Below, in pieces: positions 13,511-28,249 of a DNA stretch of 64,000 bases; the stretch's first letter is position 1; each line of letters starts with the position of its first letter. Both the position numbers and the translations under genes were made by a program. Under the pieces are notes generated by a model, which was given only the letters and a program-made list of their open reading frames with translations, did no database searches and was not told the origin of the DNA. The stretch lies in assembly GCF_009914755.1 (NCBI RefSeq), contig NC_060926.1; one strand, 5' to 3'. This DNA comes from the human T2T-CHM13v2.0 reference genome, Homo sapiens.

Positions 13511-14844
13511 ATGAATTCATTTTTCAGGAATTATAATTTTCTGATAATTCAGTGATCCAGGACCTCATCTCAAGCAAGAGCGGCCCCTGAAAAGCCATTT
13601 GCTGTTCATAAATATCACATGTCAATGCCTATGCAACTTTAATAAAAGAGCTATGGATCAAAGCCTTTGCTATGTGATTATTAACCTTTATTAATTACAC
13701 AGGATTACATTTGGCTATCTAGTGTTTCCAACTTATAAGACAGTAAAAACTAGCAAATTAGAAAATGTGTACAGAGGAAGATACAGGAAGCACATAGATA
13801 AAAAACAATAAGAAATCACAGAGGACAGTATGACAGTAGAGATGAGAGAGAAAACTAAATCAAAGGAACCAACAAAAGATATAACATCCTAGAGCAATTT
13901 AGAGAAGAAGACAATCAGCTTAAAATTCGAATGGCCACTGAGGAAGTCTGCATTACATCACAGGACAATGCACAATTTTGATGATGAAGGATCATAATTA
14001 TGCCCAAGAGAATTAAATATAATTTTTAGCATTTTCATCAATTAGGCCTGAGAAGACACAATGCACATTATTTAGTTCTAAATTTACATTTATGTTTTTA
14101 GCATTATTTATTTTTCCTTTAGCAACTTCCAATTTATCCTCATATTTTTGATAAAAATTTCTTCTTGAGTTCTTCTCCCTCACGTTTCCACTGCTTCTGT
14201 TGCCTGAAAAAATTATCCCTGTATGTTGGAATCTCTGCCTTGTGCTCCAATTTTATACAAAGCAAAGAGATATGGTAATTATATGATAAATTGGGCACAC
14301 TTTTCATCTGCTCTATAGCAATATTTTTCTGGTGACTGTATTTTCAAATTTTATTGATACATAATATTTGTACATAGAGTACATGCAATATTTTGTTACA
14401 TAAATAGAATGTGTAATGATCAAGGAAGCGTATTTGGGATGTCCATCACCCCAAGTATTTATCATTTCTATGTGTTGGGAACATTTTAAGTTCTCTGTTC
14501 TTGCTAATTTTAAATACACAATACGCTATTGTTAACTATAGACACCTTACTATGCTATTGAGTATTAGAACTTAGTACTTCTATTTAATTGTATGTTTGT
14601 ACCCATTAAACAATCTCACTTTATCCCCTCCTGACCCACACAGCCTTCTCATCCTCTGATATTTATTGTTCTACTCTCCACCTCTGTGAGATCTACTTTT
14701 AGGACTCCCATATATGAATCAAACATGCAATATTTGTCTTTCTGTGCCTGGCTTACTTCATTTAACTTAATGACCTCCAGTTCCATCCATGTTACAGCAA
14801 ATGACATACTTCCTTTCTTTTTTATATCCAAATAGTCTTCCATT

Positions 14845-14960
14845 ATGTGCATATATATATATGTATGTGTATATATATATGTATGTGTGTGTGTATATAT
14901 ATGTATGTGTATATATATATGTATGTGTGTGTGTATATATATGTATGTGAGTGTGTGTGT

Positions 14961-15008
<48 letters not shown>
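14845..15008. repeat. (TA)n/(TG)n/(TATG)n compound microsatellite inside L1MA
   Basis: Seen directly; explains the repetitive ORFs at 14767-15050. Confidence 0.95.
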
Positions 15009-15010
<2 letters not shown>

Positions 15011-15177
15011 CCCATTTTGTTTACGTGTTTACCCACAGATAGACACTTAGGTTGATTTTATATCTTTACTTTTTGAATAGCCCTGCAAGAAACATGGGAG
15101 TGCAGGTGTCCCTTTGATATACTGATTTATTTACCTTTGGATAAACTAGTTAAATTGCTGGATCATGTAGTAGTTTT

Positions 15178-15488
15178 ATTGTTATTGTTTTTTTGTTTCT
15201 TTAAGAGACAGATTCTTGCTCTGTCACCTAGGCTGGAGTGCCTTGGACCCATCATAGCTCACTGTAACCTCAAACTCCTGAATTTAAACATTCCTCTTGA
15301 CTCAGCCTAATGAGTAGCTAGGACTACAGGCATGCACCATGTCTGGCTACTTTTTAATTATTGTTTTTTGTGGAGATGAGGTCTGGATAAGTTGCCGAGC
15401 CTGGTCTTAAACTCCTGGCCTCAGGTGAACTTTCTGCCTCAGCCTCTCAAAGTGATGGAATTATTGGCATAAGTCACAGTGCCAGGCT
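15178..15488 (-). mobile_element. AluJ
   Basis: Highly diverged dimeric Alu with J-type 'ATCATAGCTCACTGTAACCTCAAACTCCTG'. Confidence 0.85.
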
Positions 15489-15740
15489 TGGTAGTTCTTT
15501 TAGATTTTTGAGAAATCATCATACTGTTTTCCATGTGGTTGTACTAATTTACATTTCCACCAAGAATGTATAAGATTTCCTTTTTCTTTGCATACTCTCC
15601 ATCATTTGTTACTTTTTTCTTTTTAGTAATAGCCATTCTAACTGGTGTAAGATGATCTTGTTTTGATTTGTATTTTCCTGATGCTTATTGATGTTAAGTA
15701 TTTTTTTATATATCTCTTGGCTATTTGCATATCTTCTTTT

Positions 15741-16038
<298 letters not shown>

Positions 16039-16098
16039 CCCTGCATGTCTTCTTTTGAGAAATTTCTATTCATGTCCCTTGACCATGTTTTAATGGGA

Positions 16099-16147
<49 letters not shown>

Positions 16148-18610
16148 AGTTGTTGGCGTTGCTCATATATTCTGGATGTTAGTCCCTTGTTAGATGGATA
16201 ATTTGCAAATATTTTCTATAATTCAACAGGCTGTCTTCTCACTGTGTTTATTGTTTCATTGGCTGTGTAGAAGCTTTTTAATTTAATATAGTCCCATTTG
16301 TCTATTTTTGGTTTTGTTGCCAGTGTTTTGGAGGTCTCAGCCGTGTAAAATCTTTGCCAAGACCAATGTCCTAAAGTGTTTTCCCTACGTTTTCTTCTAG
16401 TAATCTAGTTTCAGGGTTTATGTTTAAGTCTTTAATCTATTCTGAGTTGATTTTTGTATATGGTGAGAGATAGTGATCTAGTTTTATTATTCTGCATATG
16501 GATATCCAATATTTCTAGCACTGTTTATTAAAAAAGGATGTCCTTTTACCAGTAAATGTTACTGGATCCTTTGTCAGAAATCAGGTGTAAATACATAGTT
16601 TTATTTCCGGGTTCTCTATTCCATTCCATTGGTCTATGTGTTTGTTTTTATACCAACACCATGGTTGCTATGCTCTTAGAATATATTATGAAGTCAAGTA
16701 GTATGATGCCTCCAGCTTTGTTCTTTTTTCTCAGGATTGTTTTGGCTATTGAAGGTCTTTTTTTTTTTTTTTTTTTGGTTCTATACAAATTTTAGAATTT
16801 TCTATGTCCGTATAGTATTGTCATTTTCCCAATACTAATTCTTCCAATCCATGAGCATGGAATGTTTTTCCATTTACTTTACTCTTTTCAGTTTCTCTCA
16901 TCGGCATTTTATTGTTTTACTTCTAGGGATATTTTACCTCCTTGGTTAAATTTATGCCTAGATATTTTTTGTAGCTCTTATAAATGGGATTGCCTTCTTA
17001 ATTTCTTTCTGAACTAGTTCATTATTGGTATATAGAAATGCTACTCAATCTTGTTTGATGATTTTTGTATCCTGTAAGTTTACTGACTTTATTTATCAGG
17101 TCTCAGAGTTTTATGGTGGAGTCATTAGGTTTTTCTAGAGATAAAATTATATCATCTGCAAAGAGGTGCAATTTAACTTTCTTCTTTTCAATTCAGATGC
17201 CTTTTATTTCTATCTCTTGAATGATTGTTTTGGTTAGGACTTCTAGTACTTTGTGGAATAGGAGTGGTGAAAGCCGGCACCTCTGTTTTATTCCAGATCT
17301 TAGAGACAAGGCATTCAGCTTTTCCCCATTCACTATGATGGTAGCAGTGGGCTTGTAATATGTGGATTTTATTATATTGAGGTATGTTCCTTCTATGCGT
17401 ACTCTATTGACAGTATTTACCACGAAGGGATATTGAGTTTTATTAAATGCTTTACTTTGAATCCATTGAGATGATCACATAATTTTTGTCTTTCTGTTGA
17501 TGTTATAAAACACGTTTATTGATTTGCAACCATTGAACCATCCTTGCATCTGTGAGATAAATTTCACTTGATGGTGGTGTATTATTTTTTTGATGTGCTT
17601 TTGGATTTGGTTTGCTGTTATTTTGTTGAATATTTTTGCATCTCTGCTCCTCAGGAATTTGCATCTCTGCTCACTGGCCTGTAGTTTGATCATTGTTGTA
17701 TCTTTGTCTGGCTTTGGTGTCAGGGCAATGCTGGCCTTGTAGAATGAGACAGGAAGAATTCTGTCCTCATCAATTTTTTGAAATAGTTTGAGGAAAATTA
17801 ATGTTAGTTCTTCTTTGAAAGTTTGGTAGAATTCAGTAATTAAGCCATCCATTTTGTAGATCGCTTTGGACAATTTTTTTATTAGGAAACTTTATTACTG
17901 ATTCAACCTCATTACTCATTGGTCCGTTCAGGTTTTCTGTTTCTTCCTAATTAAATCTTGGTAAGTTGTAATGTCAAGGAATATATTCATTTCCTCTATG
18001 TTTTCCAGTTTGTTAGCGTATTGTTGTTTATAAGACTCCCTGATGATCTTTTGTATTTCTGTGGTATCACGTGTAGTGTCTCCTTTTTCATTTCTGATTT
18101 TGTTTATTTGGTGTTTTTTTTTTTTCATGATTAGCCTAGCTAGTGGTTTATCAGTTTTGTTTATCTTTTAAGAAAACACTTTTTTTGTTTCATTGATTCT
18201 TTGTATTTTTTAGTTTCTATTTCACTTAGTTATGCTCTGACCTTTATTATCTCTCTCCTTATATTAGGAGATTTGGCTTATTCTTGTTTTCCTAGTTCCT
18301 TGAGAGGCATTGCTAGATTGTTTATTTGAAATCTTTTGATTTTTTCAACATAGGCTTTTATCATTATAAACTACCATTTTATAACCACTTTTGCTATATC
18401 TTATGTGTTTTTGGAGATTGTATTTTCATTTATGTTAGTTTCAAGAAATTATTTTATTTGCTTCTTAATGTCTTCCTTGATTCAGTAGTCATTTGGGAGC
18501 ATATTGTTTAATTTCCATGTGTTTGTGTAGTTTCCAATGCTCTTGTTATTGATTTCTAGTTTTATTCCATTATGGTATGAGAAGATATTTGATTTGATCT
18601 TGATTTTTTA

Positions 18611-18913
<303 letters not shown>

Positions 18914-21900
18914 GTTGAGAACTCTTGTATTCTAACATATGATCTATCCTGAAGAATGTGTCATATGCTGATAAGAAGAATGTGTATCCTTTAGCTGTTG
19001 TATAAAAGGTTAAGTCCATTTGATCTAAAGCCAAGTTTATATGCAGTGTTTCTTTTTCTGTTTTCTGTCTAAATGATCTGTCTATTGCCAAGGGTTGAGT
19101 GTCAAAGTCCCTAACTATTATTTTGTTGGAGTCTATGTCTCCCTTTAGATCTAATAATATCTTCTTTTCATATCTGAGTGTTCTGATGCTGATAGCATAT
19201 ATGTTTAGAATTGTTATATTCTCTTGCAGAATTGATCCTTTTATCAGTATGTGATGACTTTCTTTGTCTTTTTACTGTTTTTAACTTAATGTCTGTTTTG
19301 TCTGATATAACTATTCCCACTTGCTTTTGGTTTCCATGTGCGTGGGATATCTTTTCCCATTCAGCTAGTCTATGTCTTTTAAGTGGAAAGATTAATTGGT
19401 TTACATTCAAGGTTACTATTGATATGTGAGGGCTTATTCTTGTTTTTATTAGTTTATGGTTATTTTGCATATTCTTTGTTCCTTTCTCTCTTATTTTTTT
19501 ATTACTGTTGTTTAGTGGTTTTTTGTAGTTGTAACATTTGAGTCCTTTTTCTTTCTTATTTGTATTTTTGTTCTACCAGTGGGTTTTGTACTTTGTGTGT
19601 TTTCACAATGATAGATATTGTCCTTTCACTTCCAGGTATGAGACTTTCTTAAGCATTTTTTGTAGGGCTGGGTTAGTAGTAATAAATTCCTTTAGCTTTT
19701 GTTTGTCTGAGAAAGAATTTATTTCTCCTTTATTTATGAAGGAAAACTCTTCTGGATATAATATCTTTGGCTGACAGTATTTGTTCTTTCATCACTTAAA
19801 ATATAAAATCCCATTGTTTCCCAGCCTGTAAAATGTCTGTTAGGACATCTGTGTTAGTCTGATGGGGGTCCCCTTAACTTTAACTTGCTGCTTTTAGAAT
19901 TTTTTTTTTTTGTCTTTGACTTTTGACTGTTGGACTACAATGTGCCATTAAAGTTTTTCTTTTAATTTTATCTGAGAATTTCTGAGCTTCCCATATCTGG
20001 ATGTCTAAATCTTTTGATGATTTGGGAATTTTTTAGGTATTATTTGATTAGATAGTTTTTCTATCCCTTTTGTTTTCTCTTCACCTTATGGGACTCTAAA
20101 AATTCAAATATTTTGTCGCTTTATGGTGTCCCATATGTCACATTCATTTTTTAAAAAATTTTTTATCTACCTGGATTATTTCATAAGACCTCTCTTCAAG
20201 TTCTGAAATTATTTCTTCTGCTTTATCTAGTCTATTGCTGATAAAGCAATTCAGATGCATTTTGCATTTCAGTTAACAAGTTCTTTTGTTCCAAAATTTT
20301 TAATTTTTTTCATGTTATCTACCTCTTTGGTAAATTTCTTATTCATATCCTGAATTGTTTTTCTGATTTCTTTGTATTGTTTTTCTGTATCCTCTGATAT
20401 CTCACTGAGCTTCTTTAGTATCATTGTTTTAAATTCTTTTTCTGGGTTGTTATAAATTTTTTATTGGAATCTGTTGCTGCAGAATTATTGTGTTCTTTTG
20501 GAGATGTCATACTTCCTTGTTTTTTCATGTTTTTGAGTCTTTAGGTTGATATCTGCACACTTAGTGTAACAGTCACTTTTTTATTTCTTTCATAGGGGAG
20601 GACTTTTTCCTGAAAATTTATCTTTGGTATTGGTTGGGTAGGGCACTTCAGCTTTGACTCTGAATGTGTTCAGTAGTGTAGTCTTTGTATGATTTCCCTG
20701 GCTGTAAACGAAGTCAGTGGTGTCTGTGATTTCCTCAGTGGCTTAAGGTGAGATTGTTAGTGGAGGCTGTGGTGAAGTTTTGCTAGGGATAGGGATGCCA
20801 GGTTGGCCTGTTTTCAGGCCCCAGTTGTATTAGCAGTGGGCCAAGCATCCTTGTTTTGGGGCCTCATGATGGCATATGCTGGCACTGGTGTTAGCATGCC
20901 CAAGAAAGCTAGGGCATGCTATTCTTGGGCCTTCAGGCAGCTTCCTTAGGTGTCTGTAGTGACAACAGTGGGCCAAGCTGGTGGGCGGGTTTTCAGGCTT
21001 CTGGGAAGTGAATGTGTCATGGACAATGGTAGTGGCAAGACAACCCTCTGCCTCACAAATAATCTATGTTGGTGTTGGTAATGGCTGTGGTGGGCTGCAC
21101 AGGCCAGTCTGCAAGCCCTCAGGTGGTACATTCAGGGAGATACCTACTATGATGGTAGCTGCAGGCTGAGCTCAACCTCAGGGCCCTGGGGAAAAAAAAG
21201 TGCTCTGATGCCAGTGGTAGACTGAGCTGGAGAGTCCCTGAGTCCTGATGACATGATTGACCACTGAGGGGCCATGCTCAGCAGACCTGTTCTCCAGCTT
21301 CCTGGTGGTGCATGCAAGTACTGGCTGTAGTAGGGAGGGGTACTTTAATCTCCAGGTACCCAGAAAAATGCTTAAGTGTGGGCAGCAATGGCTATGCTGC
21401 AGCCCTCATACTAGAGAAGGTGGGGTTGCTTTCGCTGGCAGTAACCATATGCTGGTGGCTGAGGAGTGAGCCCTTCACTTCTGCTTCAGGTATTTCTTGG
21501 CATTTCTCTGTTGAATTTCAGTGTTATCTTGTAGGTGACGTAGTTAAAATGTAATTTTCTATTCCCTATTTTGTTCTTTCTTAGTAGAGGAGGTGAGTAC
21601 AAGATGCTTGTAGTCAGCCATCTTGATGCCCCTTCTCATGTTATTTATTAATTACTTCTACATTATCTGCTTCTTAATTTGAAACTGTGTGTATAAAAGC
21701 ACTTGGTACCAGCTCATGTATTATTGAAACCAAGAAATTGGATTTTGTACTACAGACTGTGGCCCTCACGCTCACCTTGGAGAAGCGTACTTTGCGGACT
21801 CTTTCAGAGATTGGCAGCCTTGAGTATCCTTCTACTGTACTTCCTCCTGTGTGCCTGTAGTCCTTCCATCTTTTTTGTTGTTCAGAGTTTCAGCTCTCTC

Positions 21901-24584
21901 CTACTTTCATTAAAGAAGAAACTTGTGTTTTTGCATGTCATTTTTGCATTTGGGTGATTTTGAAGAGGAGAAATGGGAAATACTTACTTTATGCCATAAT
22001 CTTCAAGCTGGAAGAGACACTAATCATTTTCTGAATAATTAGCATTGTAAGCAACAAAACCATCTAAAACTTGAGCATTTTAAAAATCAAGATGTTTGCT
22101 AGCTTGCATCGGTATGAAGTATGGCAGTAGCTGAACCTTTCGAATTATGAAATTTTGCCTGGTCTACGAGACAGAAGCCATTCCATTTTGATTAGTGCCT
22201 CCCAAGAATCCCACATATAGCTGAAATTTTATCAAGAAAGGGTGAACATTAGCAACATTATTTTTTTGAGTAGGGAAACTGAAATACAGAATGTTTAGAA
22301 GAAATGCTCCAAACCACTCACAATGAACAGATTTCTATAGCATGCTTACTGTATTTAGTATAATTCTCAAAAAACCTTTCCATATTGAGATTATTTTCTC
22401 AATTTCACAGATGTATAAATTGAGGCTCATAGAAAGAAGCAATCTTCCCATGATGGTTTAGATAGTAAGTAGCTTATTTGTGGTTCAGATATAAAAATGG
22501 TCAAAACTGCTTCTCTTCTAAATTCTCAGGCAATTGACAACAGGTGTCAACAAATGAAGATTTTCATCAACCATATTTTGCTGGAGGATATGCCTTAGTC
22601 CTCCTATTACGTACATAATCTAGAGCACAGGAACTTCTGGAGAAAAGCAAAATCTACAGAGCAAAATCTGGGCATATTCACTGAGCCATCTGCAGGGCTA
22701 CTTGCACCTGCATCAAACCCCATTGAGAGAACAGATTCAAGAGAGGTGTAAAGTGTCAAGCCTCAGGACTGCACCCAGAGCATGCTAACTTCCTAGAAGC
22801 AGGAGTAGGGAGAGATTCAGTAAGTAAATCTGAGAAAAAAAATAAAAATAGGCTAGAGCTAGGGCTACCCACAGGTAATGATGTTTACCCCAACTCCACC
22901 AATTATTTACCACCCCTTTCCCATATGGGCAGAGGAAAGGATTGGGGTGGAGAGAGAGACTGGGAATATTCCTTCATTATTGTGTTGGCAAAGACATTGA
23001 AGTTTTCTCCCCTTTCTAGAAACAGGATAAAAGACTATCAACACCTATGTAAGAAAGACCTACTGTTTTCAGAGTCAGTGAGTCATGCAATGCCCTATAA
23101 CTGCCACCCTCACCCACTCAGTGGAAGAAAAAATAACTAAAACATTAAGCTCTTGCCTTTAATTTCCACTCTTCACCACTGATTAAAACCAGCCATTAAA
23201 AACGGCTGGAGGAGAGAAAGTCTGACTCTTTTTTTGTTGTTGTTGTTATATAGCTCATTTATTTCTTCAACAAATTTGTTGAACGGCAATATTAGTTAAG
23301 GCAATGCAAGCTGATGTCATAAATAAACCCACAAATCACAGTGGCCTAAAATCTTAAAGGTATAATTTTCATTCATGGAAGCAGTGCAGTGTGAGCAACT
23401 GCAGGATTTGGGCAGCCAGGATCTGTTCATCCTGCACAGAAGATTGTTATTGGGACTCTGATCTCCCACCACTTACAACAGTGTCTTGGTTATAGTAGAA
23501 ACATCAGCACTCTCCCATGTCATTCATTCTGTTTGGTAGTTAAGCTGGGTCTCACTCTCTATCTGTCCCTTCTCTGAAAGGCTAACAAATTATTTCATGT
23601 ATTCCCCTCTCTCCATCTCTAGAACACTGCCACTGGGTCCTTCCCCTTCCCCTCTTTGTTTAACTGTCTCCTTTTTAACATGGCCAATTTCATTTTCTTT
23701 TCTTTCTTTTTCCCAGTCTATTGTTTTCCTCCAAGCACATTTCCTGTTTGTGCCATTGAATTCTTGCCTGTGATCATCTGGAATAAAAATCAGCTTTCTC
23801 ACTTAATAAACCAGCTACATAGCACATTCTATTTACAAAATCCTTTAAGTATGTCTTCCTTAATAATCCTGAGAAGTGATTGAGTTGGTTTAAATCTACT
23901 TTTCCTAGGCTCTCCCCTTACATTCTTTCACAAATCTCACTGATTTTTGTTTGTTTGTTTTCAAATTCATCATGTTTTGCCTGTCCATCTGTTTCTTCCA
24001 ATGCATGGTCTCTAGCTTTTTTAGATAGAACTTCATGGGCATCTGCTCTGGGGTCAACTGTGTGGAACTGTAGTTTTCCCAAGCCTCACCACCCTCTGGG
24101 TACATATGTGGGAACACTAGTATTAATAACTAGTTTTTCTGGCTCATTTCTCCAAACCGACAGTGCATGTGCCCCCACTCCGTGAAAACTCCCTCTTAAG
24201 GATTTTTAGAAGCCCCAGAGGCAGGTGCGACATATGTTGCCCCTTCACGGATCCCGTCACTCTGCTGGCCATGGCCACTTCCTCCTGCTGCTCTGCTGGA
24301 TGTGTTCTTCACTCTTCTGCTCTTCGGGGTGCAGCAACTCCCTGGAAGTGGCTGCTGTGGCTCCATTTGGCACAGAAGGCAGTGCCATTGCATTGTGCTC
24401 CTCATCTGGCTTCCAAATTCTCTCTTGCTGATCCCTCCCTGAGCTCAGTGTGTCTCTTCTGGGGGACACCCTGAACATCCCCAAGTCAAGCATGCTCTAT
24501 GTTATATGGAGAATGATAGAGAAGGATTCCCTATTTTGTTCTGTATTAAGGTAAATGCATCTCATTGAAGTGCTCCTGGGATAC

Positions 24585-24961
24585 TGCATTAGTTTGCTAG
24601 GGTGGGCATTAACAGAATACCACAACTGGATGGCTTAGACCCCAGAGGCCACAAGTCCAAAATCAAGGTGTCTGCTGGCTTGGTTTCTCCTGAGACCTCT
24701 CTTCCTGGCTTTTAGAAGGCCATCTTCTCTCTGTGTCTTCACATTGTCTTTTCTCTGCACACATGCAGTACACAGGTGTCTGGTGTCCAAATTTCCTTTT
24801 ATAAGGACACCAGTCAGATTTGACTAGGGTCCACCCTGAGGGCTTCATTTTAACTCGCTTACCTCTACAAAGGCTCTGTCTTCAAATACAGTTACATTCT
24901 AAGGTATTGGGAGTTAAGATTTCAACATATGAATTTGGAGGGGCACAATTCAGCCATATCA
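24585..24961 (-). mobile_element. MLT1A/B-type MaLR LTR
   Basis: 'TGCATTAGTTTGCTAGGG...AAGTCCAAAATCAAGGTGTC...ATAAGGACACCAGTC...GGGGCACAATTCAGCC'. Confidence 0.8.
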
Positions 24962-25309
24962 GGTTTCAGTGAAATTTAGAATGTAGAGAAATGGTTCTTC
25001 CTTTTTCCTTCTCTCTCCATGATACAGACGGGCATTTGAAGTCAAGTGTTTGGTAACTTCTCTGGCCCCCCCAACGGACACCCATCACTGAGAATTCCTA
25101 TGCACCTCTGAAAGCTAGGCATGGGTTACTCCTGTGTTGGTTGTGGCTTCCTCTTTCCAGAGACACCCACAGACGCCACACTAAATGCTGTTTGTGGAGC
25201 CATTATATTCAGCACACATATGCAGACACACAAGAACCCTCCACAATGGAGACATTTGGACTTAAAATGAATCATTGGTAACCATGTCACAGTGATGGTG
25301 CTCAGGGGA

Positions 25310-25572
25310 CATTGAAGACTGTGAGCTCTGCAGCCACACTTGATGAGTGCACATCCTGACTCTGCCTAACTTCTTAGCTGTGTGGCCTTGGGTGAACTAC
25401 TTAACTTCTCTGTACCTTACTTCCCTTGTCTCCAACATATATTTGACAAAAATAGTACATATTTCAAAGTGTTCTTGTGAGGGCTTAATGAGTTAGCACA
25501 CACACAAAAAATACTTAGAACAAAGTAGGGTATATAGGAAACGATCAATAAAAACTAGCTCTTATTACTGTT
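25310..25572 (+). mobile_element. MIR
   Basis: MIR core 'AGCTGTGTGGCCTTGGGTGAACTACTTAACTTCTCTGTACCT' and a 3' end 'CAATAAAAACTAGCTCTTATTA'. Confidence 0.75.
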
Positions 25573-25817
25573 ATTTAACTGCCATGGTGGGTGGGCAGGT
25601 CTCTATGATACTCAATAAATATATGTGAAGCAAATGCATTATTATTACAACATTAATTTTCCACATTTTCATGTTCATTCAGTCATTACATATATTTCAC
25701 TTAATCCACCAAAAAGATAGCACTGTTCATCCCATTTTGTATATGAGCAAACCGATAACAAGAAAGTTTAAGAAATTTGACCAAAGTTACACAACTAATG
25801 TGCAGAGTAACTTAAGA

Positions 25818-25868
25818 TCTCTCTCTCTCTCTCTCCCTCTCTCTCTCTCTCTCTGTATCTCTCTCTCT
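25818..25868. repeat. (CT)n microsatellite
   Basis: Seen directly. Confidence 0.9.
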
Positions 25869-26175
25869 TCACTTTATTACCTTGTCTTGTAATTAGTACT
25901 GTCTCCAAACTCCCCATCCCTTCCACTCCAAAACACCTCCATCTCCTGTGGATAAATGTGATGTTATTTGGTTGTCTTTCATTGTGTCATTTTAATTCTG
26001 TGCTTTAGGCAGTAATTTAGAAAGTGCTGGAGGCCAGTTTGGCTGGAACACGTCAAACAAGTATGTGATCAAACAAACACAGAAGATATTCTCCCAATGT
26101 GAATGGAGAGATGTCCAGCAACCCTCAGCTGTGCTGACCTAATGTACCCTGCTTGCCCAGACCACTGCTTTACAC

Positions 26176-26366
26176 CAGGAGTTAACAAACGTTTTCTGGA
26201 AGTGGAAAAAAAGTGAACATGTTTGGATTTGCAAGTATTCAGTTCTGCTTTTGTAGCCCAAAAGTAGCCATAGATAACACACAACTAAAAGTCCATGAAA
26301 ATGTTCCAATAAAATTATTTATGAAAGCAAACACTGGGATGCATTTGACCCACTTACCAAACCCTG
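26176..26366 (-). mobile_element. MER58A (hAT-Charlie MITE)
   Basis: CAGG...CCCTG termini and internal 'AGTAGCCATAGATAAC...GTTCCAATAAAATTATTTA'. Decayed 8-bp TSD CTTTACAC/CTTCATAC. Confidence 0.75.
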
Positions 26367-27100
26367 CTTCATACACATTTCTGAGTTTAATCTTCATCAT
26401 ATCCCCACACATTTGTCATGTTGATTCCTGTTTTAAGATCTGGAAATGGACTCTATGCACCAAATTAGGGTCAGCATGTTTCAGAGAGGAAGAAAATGGT
26501 AGAAACATCAGTCTTGGGAATGGGAATTCTTTTTATTGTTGGAGGATGTTTCATGCCTGGGCTTCCTGCTGTCCTCCCTCTATTCGCATTAGCCTGCATA
26601 TCTGCATAGTAGTTTATGGTAGATTCAAAGCCCTTTAATAGACGACCAGACAATGAGTTTTAAGGTGCTTCCTAGAAGATGACAACAATGATGTTGTTAC
26701 TTACTGTTACTTGTGTGGCTCACAAGTTCAGTAGTTAAGAATCTGCTTATGTCTTTCCAGGTACTTTTGGTAAAAACAGGGAATGATCCACAAGATACAG
26801 AAATTTCTTTGTGACCTTTTAGCTTATAGTTAAAAACGTAAGTTTTGGAGTGATACAGTCCTATTTGGTTTTCCACAAAACAAAGATGCTACTACTTACT
26901 ATGTAGAATTGTTATGAGGGGTCAATGAAAAAAAAATGTTGGTTGAATACTTAATATACAGTTTGGAACATAATACATGCTACCAAATGCAACAATCATT
27001 ACTTATTTTTTTCTTCTCTCTCATCTCAGGTTCTGCCCCTCACCCTCACCAGTGCTAGGCTGCTACTTGTCAATCCTCATTTTGGGATATTAGCTTAGCT

Positions 27101-27308
27101 TGAGATTTCTCAGCCTCCACATGGTTGACATCCTGAGCTGAACAATTCTTTGTTGAGGGGCTTGTCTAGGGCATTTGGGGGTGTTTAGCAGAATCCCTGG
27201 CCTCTACCCACTACATGCCAGTATACATTTCCAGTTGTGAAACAAGTATTTCTCCAGACATGCCCAATTTCTTCTGCAGAACAAAATTGTCTCTGGTTGA
27301 GGACTATG
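27101..27308 (-). mobile_element. MER20 (hAT-Charlie)
   Basis: 'GTGTTTAGCAGAATCCCTGGCCTCTACCCACTACATGCCAGTA...CAGTTGTGA...TCTCCAGACATG'. Confidence 0.8.
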
Positions 27309-27369
27309 GGCCTCACTCACAGTGAGCTTCTTTCTCCCATCTCCTCTCCTCTATACTCCAGCCGCCAGG

Positions 27370-27820
27370 TTAGGTCTGCCTGACCTCTGCTTCCATCCCT
27401 GGTGATTGGATTAGGAGCAAGAACCTAACCTAAGACAAATCATTCAAGTTTTACCTCTTGAGAATATTAAATTAAAATTGAGAACAAGTCATGCCGTTCC
27501 ATTAGGATTCTTGCTCCAAGGAGATAATGACCTGGGAGTAAGGGAAAGCATCTTAGCTTCACTTCTTCCCAAAAACACACAACCTCAGTCTGCAGAAACA
27601 GAGCATGACCCTTGGGAGCAGACAGGAGAGATGCAGTTTAGGCCCCATGCAGGGTTTCCTTTAGGTACCAGGCCTTGGAGAGGTCTGATGATCTTTCTGT
27701 CTTGGGTTCAGTGTATTACAGAATCTTCCAAATACATCCACAACCTGCTCCCACTTTCTTTTTTCTTAAATTCAGTTGTATAGCTTTCTCTTGCTTGCAA
27801 ACAAAAGAGCCTTCAGTAAG
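27370..27820 (+). mobile_element. Old MLT1 (I/J/K-like) LTR fragment
   Basis: Ends 'TTCTCTTGCTTGCAAACAAAAGAGCC', typical of MLT1 3' ends. Confidence 0.5.
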
Positions 27821-28249
27821 ACACTATTCAGAGGGTTGTTGGGGTTTTAGAGGGACAGTCAATAGGATTCCTTTCCTCTTCTTCTAAACTTGGAATTGCC
27901 AGTCAGAATTCAATCAGGAAAAAAAGAAACACTCTAGCAATTTCAAAAAAAGATAATTTAATATAACAATTAGGTTACAGAGGTGCTGGAGAAATGAAAA
28001 GCCCATGATGAAAGAATCAAATGGTTTATTATGTAAGAAAACCACTATTATACTATGATTCATTGAGTTAATGTTCTCAACTATTTTCCCTCCTTGTGTT
28101 TACAACCTTCTTAAGGCCTCATCATAAGTAGGGTGCATACCTCACCCTTTGTTTTAGGCTTAGCTGTTTCACTTATGTTGGCCAATAACATGTAAATAGA
28201 AGTAAAACTTTGCCAGTTTTGAGCCTAGATCCTAAGAGGCCTCACAAGA

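Noticed and set aside
22560-23200. Possible ancient LTR-like element
   Set aside because: The composition is suggestive, but I cannot identify termini or a family from sequence alone.
26213-26638. 141-aa ORF (also the 132-aa ORF at 58185-58583 and the overlapping ORFs at 24163-24493)
   Set aside because: These overlap TE fossils or low-information sequence, with no domain signature or splice structure; consistent with chance.
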